From assembly GCF_001194135.2 (NCBI RefSeq), contig NC_068983.1, forward strand, positions 158,867,975 through 158,931,724: a stretch of 63,750 bases of DNA, read 5' to 3'. Positions 1-12,056 of this stretch are shown piece by piece. How positions within the stretch are numbered: position 1 is the first letter of the stretch; every line of letters starts with the position of its first letter. Source of the DNA: Octopus bimaculoides (taxonomy: Eukaryota). The notes under the pieces are model-generated. The model saw nothing but the letters and a program-made list of their open reading frames with translations. It was not told the DNA's origin and made no database searches. Both the position numbers and the translations under genes were made by a program.

Positions 1-39
1 ACCAGCCTTGGTTTTTATAATATAAGCTTAATGTTTTAA

Positions 40-466
40 CCCTTTAGCATTCAGATTAAATATAATGCTTATATATTCATATTGTTTTGAATTTATCATG
101 CATTATCTTATAGCTTCAAGATTTAACCCTTTCATTACCAATCCGGCTGAAACCGGCTCTGGCTCTGAGCACAAATGTCTTGTTTACATAAGTTTTGAAT
201 TAAAATCTTCCACCAAACCTTAGTCACAATTTATGTTCCTAACACTAGCTGAATGATAACTAAGTTATTTTACTAAATTCTTTGTTATATTTAAAGTAAG
301 AAACACAGAGAATCTCAAAATAAATACAGTAACAAAAGGGTTAAATGTGATTCCTTATTTTTAGAATCACATTGTAGGATAGGTGTGAGAGGCTGGATCT
401 GGTCAGTCTGAACATAATATAGGTAGAATATTTAGGTCAAATTTTGCCAGATTAAATGTTGAAGGG
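40..466. mobile_element. piggyBac-like MITE (outer), with a second MITE nested inside
   Basis: TTAA at 36-39 and 467-470. Ends CCCTTTAGCATT and AATGTTGAAGGG are imperfect inverted repeats. A related copy lies in the opposite orientation at about 33240-33468. Confidence 0.75.
127..340. mobile_element. piggyBac-like MITE (inner, nested)
   Basis: TTAA at 123-126 and 341-344. Ends CCCTTTCATTAC and GTAACAAAAGGG are imperfect inverted repeats. Confidence 0.75.
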
Positions 467-529
467 TTAAAGAGATCTAAAGCCACTAGTCAAAATTCCA
501 CGTTAATTTATGTTCCAAACACCAGGTTT

Positions 530-710
530 TACTCCTTTTACTCGTTTCAGTCATTTGACTGCGGCCATGCTGGAGCACCACCTTTAGTTGAGCAAATCGA
601 CCCCGGGACTTATTCTTTATAAGCCTAGTCTCTTTTTCTGAACCGCTAAGTGACGGAGACATAAACACACCAGCATCGGTTGTCAAGCAATGCTAGGGGG
701 ATAAACACAG

Positions 711-749
<39 letters not shown>

Positions 750-842
750 CGACAGGCATAGCTTTCGTCTACCAAAATCCACTCACAAGGCTTTGGTTGG
801 CCCAAGGCTATAGTAGAAGACACTTGCCCAAGATGTCACGCA
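530..842 (-). mobile_element. SINE family A (tRNA/CORE-like head, internal TA/TG microsatellite), 5'-truncated
   Basis: Matches the full-length copies at 15508, 32345 and 44096. Confidence 0.85.
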
Positions 843-1224
843 TATCGTACTAAATTCATTATTTTCAAAATTAATGCATTTTAATAAAAGGGTTAACCCA
901 ATGCAAGAAACTTCATGAGAACTGTGGCTAATTTCTAATTATCTATGAAATAATCTTTGTTACAGCTAAAACCTTATGATTTTTAAATATTTCATTTACA
1001 TATGACATTCATTTGCTAAATCAATAGCAAGATATTCATTCCTCTCTAGCATTCAAACAGCCTACATCAGACCTGCACTGTCTTCAAATTCATTCTTCAA
1101 TGAGTAGGGATATGAAAATGCCTCTTAAGAGAACAAAATCACTTTCTGCTTATAAAGAAACATGAAACTAATTCTATTCTCTTGAATAAAACCAGATTAA
1201 AACCCCAAAAAGCCACTACAAATG

Positions 1225-1500
1225 CTACGCCTCAATCTCATATTCACTACATCAAAAACTGCACCCAAAAGACAAGCCTTCCTTTTTAGAAGTAGGAAAT
1301 ATTTGATGAGCCATTGATTCTCTATAATCCTCAAGGACAATGGAACACTGCTCCCACATCTGGGATGGTACTGCTGCTGAATACATACACACTACTAACA
1401 TACTAGATACCAAAAGAAAGCCAACTCATTCATCAACACACTTCACACTGAAGCTACATTCCAGTTATCTCCTTTCCCTACTTTATCACTACTAGAGCAG
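1225..1500 (+). mobile_element. Decayed CR1/Jockey-group LINE, ORF2 C-terminal fragment
   Basis: Translates as ...TMEHCSHIWDGTAA...TNILD, similar to the YCSHIWGG motif of the relic at 36130-37500. Confidence 0.55.
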
Positions 1501-1537
1501 TTTATGGGCCTTAAAACTAGCTAGTTGTATACCATCT

Positions 1538-1990
1538 CATCATCATCATCATCATCATTTAATGTCCGCTTTCCATGCTAGCATGGGCTGGATGATTTGA
1601 CTGAGGACTGGCGAACCAGATGGCTGCACCAGGCTCCAATCTGATCTGGCAGAGTTACAGCTGGATGCCCTTCCTAACGTCAACCACTCCCGAAAGTGTA
1701 GTGGGTGCTTTTATGTGCCAGTCAGGCGGTGCTGGCAACAGTCACACTCAAAATGGTGTTTTTTACGTGCCGCTTGCACTGGAGCCAGTCCAGTGGGACT
1801 GACCTCGCGCAAATGTTTTTTCACGTGCCAGTAAGGCGACACTGGTAACGATCACGCTCAAATGGTGCTGTTTACGTGCCACTGGCACAGAAGCCAGACA
1901 GCTGCTCTGGCAATGATCATGCTTGGATGGTGCTGTTAGCGCTCCACTGGCACAGGTGCCAGTCATCGAATTTGGTTCAATTACGATATC
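1538..1990 (-). mobile_element. Repeat family B (RTE-associated SINE-like element, (ATG)n tail) with extra 5' modules
   Basis: (CAT)n then TTTAATGTCCGCTTTCCATGCTAGCATGGG...GGATGCCCTTCCTAACG. Close to 20 related copies occur in the window. Confidence 0.85.
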
Positions 1991-2810
1991 GATTTCACTT
2001 GCCCCAACAGGTCTTCGCAAGCAGAGATTAGTGTCCAATGAAGGAAAGGTTGGCATGGGCGCCAGAAACTGTAGAAACCCACATCTACATATACACACAC
2101 GACAAATACACATAATGTATGCCTGTATACAAGCACTGGCAAAGCTGTATGATCTCAACCACATAATTTCCGGTTCAGTCGCAAAGTGGAGCAAAAGTGT
2201 CTTCTACTATAGCCCAATGTCTTGCAAGGGAATGTCAGAGACAGAACTTGAAGGAAGCTCACTGTGCACACATGCACATAAGTACATGTGTTTGAATGAT
2301 TGCAAAAATCAGTTATGGTTTCTGATAATGACATTACCACTCGTAATAGGCCTACAACTGGTAACATTCATTGACATTTCCAGCCAATAAATCACCTGCT
2401 AACTCAGCACTTTCAAATTCCTCCTGAGTTAGAAAAAGAAACAATTCTTTGCATGAGGAACATGTAAGAGTTGGCAGCAAGAAGAATATCCCGCTATAAA
2501 AATCCTGCTTTAATTTCCTCCATAGAACAATGACCATTAAACAAATGGTGTGTGTATGTGTGTGTGCGCACATGCGCTTGTACATTAACTGACCTGAGAA
2601 ACAACTTCAACAAACATTTTTATCTTCAGTAATTTCAAAACATTTTTATCTTCAGTAAGCCAAAATGGCTTAAGATACATTTATTTCTTCTGGGAACTAG
2701 TGGTTTTAGCCAATCTTGTTTCAACTGACCAAATTTCATTTAAACCCTATCTCCACTGGTAGGTACTTTTTCTTTTGTTCAAAACTAGAAATACATACAC
2801 ATACACAACA

Positions 2811-2904
2811 CAGTGGAAGCCGCTTATGACAATCAGACATGATCAATTGCATTGTTACTGAAAATGTTTCATTTCAAAGTAATCATAATAAGCGGTTTCC
2901 ATTG
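2811..2904. mobile_element. Short inverted-repeat element resembling a pogo/Tigger end
   Basis: CAGTGGAAGCCGCTTAT ... ATAAGCGGTTTCCATTG, 15/17 complementary. Confidence 0.55.
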
Positions 2905-2949
2905 TGCACATTTATATTAGTACTGACAGGACAAAAATCAGTACACAAG

Positions 2950-3954
2950 GTCAAGATAGCTTCTTTATGTTAATGCTCACTTTATTTTTCTGTATATTAC
3001 AAGACAGATGAAATAAGTATGAGACTAAGTATGGAAGGATAGAGTGATATAATCAACTAAAACCTTTCAAAAACAGTTCTCCAACAATCACCACAATTTA
3101 CAATCAAGAGTAGATTTGAAGCTCGAACAGATTTCTTTAGGATATAAAACTAGATGGTGGTGCAGCATAACTAAATATTTGAAAGAAGTGTATATGATGT
3201 ACTTTGCTCAGAATTGGCATGGAAAAATATAGAAGTTTCTCCCAATGTAATGGTTAGTGGCACCATCCATTGCTCATCTAACCTGATGACTCATGGTTAT
3301 CATTCAAAGTCAACTGGTTGTAAATGCCTGAGTGATGAGTTTAACAATGGAATAGGCTGTTACGGCTTGTACTCAGAAACTGAATCTAAATACAAAGGAA
3401 AGGTAGGACAATGATTGGGGAAAGGACTTTTTTAAAATCTGTAGAAGATAAAAGCAGAACTGCAAGCTAAAGAAGCATTTGCCAATGAGCACTGAGTAGT
3501 TACTTTGTAGCACCACCTGTTTTCAACTTGAATCAGTTCTTTTCGAAAGTGTACTGGCCTTGAGCATGATACAGTGCTCTCCAATCAGCTGTCTCCATTA
3601 TTCAGGTATTTCAATTTTATTGCTGCACCAGATTATTTTCTTCTTGGTTTTTAGTGTCCATGAACCACACACCAAAAAGATGTTACTAGGAAACCTGTGC
3701 AATCAGTAATAGATGTCAGCAATGATGAAATTCAACATAAAGCACTTGACCAGGCAGATGTAGTCGAAGAGTATGAAATACACGTAGATTTTCAGTGCAG
3801 GCAGGGTACAATCCTCAATTCTATACCAGAAATAATGTCCTTTTTTTTTTTTTTTTTTTTTTAAATGATCTAATTGTGTATCTAACCAATAGAAAACTAG
3901 GTCATCTACTTCAAAGGCTGTTAACATAAGACATGAGCTGTTTATCATCACCAT
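2950..3954 (-). pseudogene. Highly decayed pogo/Tigger-like transposase
   Basis: EVDDLVFYWLDTQ resembles the CENP-B-type HTH region. NGDS...KVTTQCSLANAS resembles the NADETGL...VTVMCCANASG region of DDE_1 transposases. Many stops and frameshifts; aligned by eye. Confidence 0.4.
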
Positions 3955-4429
3955 TGTTTAAATGTCCACTTTTCCTTGCTTGCAAGAGCCAGATTTTCTA
4001 TGGCCAGATGCTCTTCCTTTCTCCAACCCTTACCTGTTTTCAAGCAAGGTGATATTTCCTCAAGTCCTTTGAACACAACAGCCTGAAATGTTTACACAAA
4101 AATGAAAACACGCCTGGCCATTGTGTTGTTTGTGATAATTATCATTTACAATTAGCATGTGATGTCAAGACAAATAGAAATGAGAAGATACACAGTTTGT
4201 TTTAGTATCTATCTACCAAATTCACTCACAAGGTTCCAGCCAGCTCTGCACCACAGAAAACACTTGCACAAAGCGCTCTGACGGATTGGCAAACTTCTTA
4301 ATCATACAGCCATGCTTGAATAACTAACATTTCTTCACTCCAAGCAGAGTTGAGAACATGCAGGTGGATATTACCACTCAAGACTCTTGAAAATATAAAA
4401 GTGTCAGAAGAAGTAAAATCAGTAACAAC

Positions 4430-6520
4430 ATACACCAAGCAAGTTTTGCTATAAAAGCATAACCAGAAAAAGTTAGTGGAAATGATGGAAAACATTCCTC
4501 TTCTGAAAATCAAATAGGATAGCAATTCTTGATTATGATATTGCTACAGAAGTACACCACCTGCTCTGAAGTTATGCCAAAGTCTGTCGGGATTGATCAT
4601 ATCAAAAGCTACCCAAAATTCAGCAAAATAAACACTGGTTGTAGGTAACACCCATTTTATTCAAAGAATTCTTTATAATGTGAAAATTTAACCTGAATAC
4701 CTACAACAAACTTCAAGTGTCTGAAGATGCAGACAGGAGAAAGAAGATTGAAAATCTTCACAGCAAAGTGGTTGCTATAGAAAATTTTATCACATTGTCG
4801 GGAGGTATGACATGTCAAGAATAATCCAGTTCTCAAGATGTGAGAGATGACCATAGGAAGTAATATGACTTTAACTTTTTTTTCTCTCATTCTAAGCTTC
4901 AATTTCTTCAGAAGTTGGTGTCTTTGACAAAGGAGCAACTTACTGAAGTGACTAGCTACAACATGATGACAATAGAAAAAAATGAAGTTTTTGCTAAAAG
5001 AGTATTTCAACATGTAGTCTGTAAAGTAATCAGTTGATGATTTTGAAAAAGAATATGCAAAGAACAAAAGTTAAAAGACTAAGATTTATAAGAATCATGC
5101 TGATTAGGAAATATGTGGTTCAGTGCTATTTACTAAACTAAGAATATATATACAAGAATTTGTAGAAGAAATTTATAAGAATAAATGATCTTCCCTTGAA
5201 GCTTTAGTACTACAAAAGATACAGGACCAATAGCTGTAACACTCAAAAAGAAAGATTTCATATAAATTTTTGCTATCTTTAGCCAAAAATGAAATGTTTC
5301 AAAAGGAAAAAGAATGCAAGTTAGAATGGCTCATGTATTATAAAGAACATCTATGAGAATACTGAAAAACGACATTTTCATTGCTAGCTTTTAGATTAGA
5401 AAATGTGGCTCTGATGTAAGGATTAAATAAGAAAATCACAGGACAGGGCAATAGTTCCTGTCAGCAACAGCAGAAAGATAAAGTTTAGGCATTAATAATG
5501 AAGAAATTGACCGTTAAGAGATATAAATAGAGAATAATTAATGTCACCCATTGGCCAAATTCCATGATTGCAACTTGGATTATGATGTAGATTTCGCATG
5601 TAACTTTAGTAACTTATGGGCCTAAAATATGGTAATGTCAATACAAATGGATAATGAAATTATTGACTGTATTTTGCTGGTAATAATTAACTCTCCAAGT
5701 GAAGGACAGATTTGTATGATGCTTGCACAAGAAGTGCAATGTTGCACTGTACTGAAATTTAGGCTTTGAAAGCAGAAGATATACAAAACTTCAAAGAAAT
5801 GAAATGAATATGCTCTGCTGAGTGTATAATGCTAGTGTGTATGAAAAAACAGTGCACAAATGAGCTAAGGAAAAAAACTGAGTATTAGAGGAATCAGATT
5901 CAATGTGCAAGAGAAGAGACTGAGCAGATATAGACATGTCATGTATATGGAGGACAACAAATGAATAAAGAAATTCAGATTGATCCAAGTAGAAGGAACC
6001 TACAGGAGACCAAAGAAGCAATGGTGAAAGCTGATCTAATGAGGTTGATGGGCTTGATAGAAGACCACAAGTAATGAGACACTATACTGAAAAAGATCTG
6101 TCAACATGCAAGCATGAAAAAATGAATGTAAAATGATGAAAATGTACCAAACTAATCAGCTTTTCAAGTGAAGTTTCCTGTTGCTGGTTACAATATCAAA
6201 AGACTATGATGATTTTTATCATTGCTTTAGACAATGTTGAAATAGACAAAATAACTGAACCTTTCAGGGATATTCTGGCAAGTTCTTCAAGAAAAATTCC
6301 AACAAAATCATTTAAAAGTTTGCCCTTTGATTCAGGGCAACTGCTAACATTTTCCAAAAGATTTAAAAGGTGTCAGGTAACTTGATAAATTTCTTCTTTG
6401 TGTCAAGGCAGAACTCTTGTGGTAAAGAGGTAATGTGTCCCAGGAGATTCCATGCTTTACACTCCAAAAGCTGAAAAAACATAACTTCTGCATCCAGAGT
6501 AGTGGCTCTGATTACATATT
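4430..6520 (+). pseudogene. Decayed, intronless sequence with three tandem MIF4G-like (eIF4G middle domain) units
   Basis: Unit 1: IATEVHHLL*SYAKVCRD (4540-4593). Unit 2: LTKEQLTEVTSYNMMTIEKNEVFAKRVFQHVVCKVIS/DDFEKEYAK (about 4925-5062), spaced like eIF4G LTPQMF...[27 protein letters not shown]. Unit 3: FSNLWA*...IDCILLVIINSPSEGQICMMLAQ (about 5607-5730). Multiple stops and frameshifts; interrupted by an RTE fragment. Confidence 0.5.
5763..6140 (+). mobile_element. RTE-clade LINE, 3' fragment
   Basis: STNELRKKLSIRGIRFNVQEKRLSRYRHVMYMED...VEGTYRRPKKQW, followed by a tail related to the family B 3' end. Confidence 0.8.
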
Positions 6521-9500
6521 CTGATCTTGTACACATAAAATTATATGCTTATTTTATGGATTGCTACTTTTAAGATGAACACTTGATTGTGAGTAGCTAT
6601 CTCATTCATAAGCCACTGTTTGTTGCACACTGTAATCTGCAGCTAACTCCCATAACTGAGGGAGACCTTTATCAAGCTAATTGGTAGGCCAAGCAGTCAA
6701 GTCTAAGCAACATTCATAAACATGAAAATTAAAACTTCTGAATCATCTAGCATTATTGAAGAAGTGTAAATAATTTAAAACTGGAGAAAAAGGAAGTCAA
6801 TTCATAAAGGTAGTTCATATTATAGCCAAATGTTTCAATCTAAATGCTAATATTACTGAAAAGGTGGAAAAAAAAAGAGGAAAATCAATCTTGCTAGCCT
6901 AAAGACATCTGCAAGCAGATAGTTAAATATAATACATTGGAGCACTCGATATAAAAGTGAATACATAAAATGAGATACATTTGTGTCATGCACAATCAAA
7001 CAAGGTATTTAGTTATCAAGATGGTACCTGGAAGCCTTCTTTTTCACAGCTGTTACTTGACACGACTTTAAGATTCAAAGCAAATGATTTCTATTTTACA
7101 AACAAAATATAGAAATTACTTTGAAATTATGTGAAAATCTTTTGGAAAAAAAATACAAGAAAAACAAACAAAAAATCAGATGAAGACATTATTTAACTTG
7201 GTATGTTAAGAATCCAATACAATTTTTAATGTCCAAAGTTGAAATATATGAACCCTTCCACCAAACCCCACTTAAATCATACAATCTGTAACAGGTTGTA
7301 ATAACTTATTACTACTAAACATGTTACTCCTGATAAAGTTATACATGTGTGGTGTTAAAGTAAAAGATTAAATAGGACATTAGTGTCTTGTAAATCATAG
7401 ACATACCTTGCAAGATAAATTTGGTAAGGGATCTATTATCTCCATAAACATGTATTATGCTTCTTACAATTTCCCTTATGCAAAACAAAAAAAAAAATCA
7501 GAGATTTGGTGAAAACAGTTTACTTGTTTATAAGATGTGAAACTTTCTTTTTAAAATATCCATCATCACAATAAAAATCATATTGAGTTAACGAAGAAGC
7601 CTCTGCATGACTACTCAACCAGCTAGAAATAGCAGCCAGCTACCTCTGAAATCACACTACTAGCTTAATAAAAGGCCACATTAAATATCATGGTCCTAGA
7701 CAACTATATCTGGAGGGAAAAGATGGGAAATGTACAACTGGAATGCCTTTCATCATAGCTTTGCACAATCAGGTTCCACTTGGGGCAAATACAATGGAAA
7801 TCACAAGTAGCATTCTCCACATTTTAGAAAAAAAATCTTGGTGAATAGAAAAACAAACTGTATGAAAAGTAAAATTAAAACATTGAACATAATATGTTCT
7901 ATTTTGAAGGTGTAACTATGTAAAACAAATGTAAACTAGAAATATTTCCAAGTTTCTAAATAAATGCATTAGCATTTAAAAATTAGATACTGGGAGACAT
8001 CACTGTGTACTACTCAATAACTAACAAATTCTAAGAATATATCTTGTAACAAGACAAACGAAATAATGTCATGAATAACTTTAAAGTCAAGTCAAACTGT
8101 AGACAGAAATAACAGGTATAAAATAATTGGTATACTCTTGTTTATAACCAAAAGAAAACCAAAACTAAATCAAAAAATATAGACATATGTAAATAATTAT
8201 GCTGACCTTCTCAAATTTAAACTTTCTATAATTGAATGCTAGAAGCAGAGTAAAAAATAAGTATATAATCACCTTTACGAACCAATGAAACTGGACTTCT
8301 ACATTGGCCTTTATCAATGAGAAAGCAAATGTTGAGTCATGTCTAAAATGACATTTCAGGCAACAGAGATTGTGCACTTATAATGTCTACTGGTTGCATT
8401 GAAATCCCAGCACTCACTAATGTTGATTTTTCAATAAATTACTCTACAATTTAATATTAATTTTCTCAGCACATATTCTGATGAAAAGAAAATGCTGGAA
8501 TTTTTCAAGACTTTTAAATTATTTTATCTTTTCTATCTAAACTATATCTCAATTTTTTTTTATCTTGATAACATTAATTCATGTCCTGTGGTTAGAATTA
8601 AATTAGTTACTTTTATTTTTAATAGCAGACCACATGAATACTGGGTTATATATGTGTTTAACTTTGTTTAAATGTATATATTTGAAATATAGTACTTGAA
8701 GGCATTCTGAGAATAAATGTTTTAAATTTAGTGAAATTTTATTTAACTTACTAGAAAATACGTTCTTAGAAATTGGATATCATAAAAATGATTCCCTCTC
8801 AAAATGTAACACAAAACATCAGCCTAATAATCTGGAAAACCCATACTGCCAACATTCCTAACCCAAGAGAACATTTGAGTTATACTAAAAGATAATATCT
8901 TTCATTATCAATTTAAAATCCTTTTCCTTATGCATTAATTAGTTGATATGACATTTTATTTAATGCTTGGTACATTGCCATGCCAACAATTTATTTCTGC
9001 TCTGACAACCGATGTACTGATACAACTTCTGTAGTTCATTGTATTATTTTCTATTCAATACTACTACCAAATCATGTAACATTTCAAATATCTCCAATCC
9101 AACGTACATAGTCATGTATTTTATGAAGTTTGATATAATCCATTGTTTTAATGTCCACATGAGCCAGACGGAATTTGTCGAGGCAGATTTTACTACAGCC
9201 AGACATCCTTCCTGTAACCAACCCTTACCTGTTTCCAAGGTAATATTTTCCCTTGGACAGACCGGTTTTCATGAAAGATTAGAAGAACATTAATAGTATG
9301 GCTATGACATCTGTTCACAACTATCATGTAATGTTAAGACAAGGAGGCACCAACTTACATGTATATATACAACAAGCTTCTTTCAGTTCTCATCTACTAT
9401 TGACAAGGCTTTGATCAGCTCATAGTTATAGAAGTCAAAATATCACACTGAGAATGAACTCAGGACTATGTGCTTGGGAAATAAGTTCTTAACCACACAG

Positions 9501-10149
9501 CTATGCCTGTGCCTACACTTTAAAAATTAAATGACAGACAATATATAAATTTTCAAATTTGATTACCTTAGCTTTTAGTTTGTTATAATTGGTCATGCCA
9601 AAATCAAATTTACTACTTACATGATGTTTAGTGAACATCATATAATAAAAAGTAGCAATTTAACTTAATTGCTTATACAGTTTTAGCTGTAAACAAATAT
9701 ATTGAATTAATGTCAAAAATTTTTTAGTTTTACTTTTTTTCTATTTGTTTATGTAGGTAATGCATAATTTCTCAAAGTAAAGCACTTATATTTCAACAAG
9801 ATGACAGAAATACTAAATATCATTTATACCTTACCACACACGCATGAAACATCTAAGCATTCATATAGGGACTTCAGGGAAACCAGGCATTGCCTATTCA
9901 CCCCAAACTTCTGCATAATCCTCCACATGTCCCATGGTACACAGTCTACAAAGCAAGAGTACACCTCTCGGTAATATTCTCACAATTTCTCAAAAACCTG
10001 CCATAGAGTGAAGATCTGGTTGGTTGTGCTGTGTCCAGGATGGAAGTCATACTGTTCATCCCGCTTGGGCCTCACAATTCCCTTACATCTTATCCAAACA
10101 CCAAGCATAGGATCTACCAGGGAGGGTCAACAAGGAGAGTCCGCTATAA

Positions 10150-10440
10150 TTAGAGCATTCTTTTGTCTCTGCACTGAGCTCCAGTACCACAGACGTGATT
10201 AGAATGTCATAGGAAAGAACTGCAAGATGGATTCTTCAAGCGAAGCCAACCAGTAGGAGGATTAGGGGTCGACCAAAAACAAGCTGGTTGAATAATATCC
10301 ATAGTCTTAGTTGATCACACTTAGGAATCCAGCTGGAAAGTCTGACAAATGCTACTGATCAGATCCTATGGAGGCAGTACCTAAGGACTAACCCCAGTAC
10401 CCTTGCAGAAACAGTGGGTGGAGAAGATGGTAGGATATGA
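10150..10440 (+). mobile_element. RTE-clade LINE, 3' fragment
   Basis: DVIRMS*ERTARWILQAKPTSRRIRGRPKTSWLNNIHSLS*SHLGIQ, typical of an RTE ORF C-terminus. Confidence 0.85.
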
Positions 10441-10797
10441 AATTGATTGAATAAAATATCAGATGGCTGCAATACTTTTGCTTCAATCATTTGAAGAAAT
10501 ATTCAATGCAGCTAACTTAATATTGAACAGTCAGTCATGTAAAAGACATTACTAAATGATGTAAAGGAATTTTATTATACTATCACAACAATCACTCTCT
10601 CTTAAGAACTCGGGTGCTTTAGTGGAATTCACAGATGTAAACATTCAGTTCCCTCCTCATTAATGTTTTTCTTTCATTGTTTGGGTCGGGCATCAGCCAT
10701 ATCTAACTAATCTGAGAGGGCCTGCAAAGATAATCATCACTAATATTCTAAGTTATTTCAAAAAGAAAGCACCTGCAAAAACTGCCCTATTTCTCAC

Positions 10798-10910
10798 CTC
10801 TAGTTGCCACTCATATGTGAATCTATCAAAATCCAAATACTTTGTCATTACTAAATCATTTTCCTCATGAACTCATATACAGTCGACTTCCGAAATATCC
10901 TTTCATACTG
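10798..10910 (-). other. Candidate exon of an unidentified minus-strand gene
   Basis: Acceptor TTTACTTACAG/CAG (NAGNAG) and donor GAG|GTGAGA. An ATG at 10848 opens MTKYLDFDRFTYEWQLE to the donor. Confidence 0.3.
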
Positions 10911-11505
10911 CTGTAAGTAAAATTTAAATGTGATTTACCAGTGTTAAAATGCAACAATATTTGAGGATTACACATCGTATGTAAAAAGCCAAATATTCGT
11001 GAAGATGAAAATACTTTTGATACTTCGAGCAACATACCTAAATTGAGAGTAACATGGAAATATGCAAATGAATTATCAATATTCAAAACCCAACCTGGTT
11101 AATACCTCGACATCGAGTTGCATTAATATCTAAACATTCTAATGCCATGTGTTTTCATATTTTTAACTTCGGAAGACGAACCAGGTAATCCCATCAAGTG
11201 CTTTTTACGCTCATAGTTGGGCAATATGGTGATGCTCTGAAGTCAACCATTTTCACAATTTTTTTTTCCTATTACATTACTAAACACAGACTGTACTTTT
11301 TAAAACTTTATCCAGTAAGTGTAAATTTCCCATTTTACATACGTTTTTCTACGCTAACATGGACTAAACGACACCACAAATTAAAACATTCAACAAATTC
11401 TTCAGGCGCATTCTACAAATTTTGTTTTTATTAACACCACCCATACAATTAAGAAATATGACTAAACTATTAAAAAGGATAAACTGATTATGTAGAGTAA
11501 TGTAC

Positions 11506-11575
11506 CTTGCCGGAAAGACACACCTTGTTAATACTTCAATATAGTGTAACAGAGAAAATGGGACAGACAACAATT
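11506..11575 (-). other. Candidate 70-nt exon, probably 5' UTR
   Basis: Acceptor TTATGTTTCAG| and donor AAG|GTACAT; lies in repeat-free DNA. Confidence 0.3.
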
Positions 11576-12024
11576 CTGAAACATAACTACAATATTAGGC
11601 AATTTTTCTAAACAATACGAAAGAATATATAGTTTCACTTATCTCTTTAAAAATTTGACAAACTCAAAAGATTATTTCCGGTAATAGGCACAAAAATTCG
11701 AGAAATATTAAAAAACAAAAAAGTGAGAGGAAATAGTTTATTAAAAAAATATATAACGGGAGTGCTCATTGATCTTTGCAGCATCAATAATAGCTTGCCT
11801 TGGTAACGAGAACCATGCATATATTAAATAAACGGTTTAATTTCATTCACTATGTGGAAGAGAATAAAGAATTTTTTTTTTCTTTTTTCCTTTTTCCTAC
11901 GTAGTACAGGAAATGGAGTCACAAAAATGTGTACAAAATTGTGAACTACATAAAGCTTTAAATATTACATATATAATACACTATACATATACTAATATCA
12001 TATACACACATAATACATACACAA

Positions 12025-12056
<32 letters not shown>

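Noticed and set aside
8271-8342. Candidate minus-strand exon (HDSTFAFSLIKANVEVQFHWFVK)
   Set aside because: AG/GT boundaries alone are expected by chance in AT-rich DNA, and there is no supporting homology.
11090-11250. Possible box C/D snoRNA or hairpin (ACCTGGTT/AACCAGGT, GTGATG...CTGA)
   Set aside because: The boxes are too close together and the terminal stem is unconvincing.
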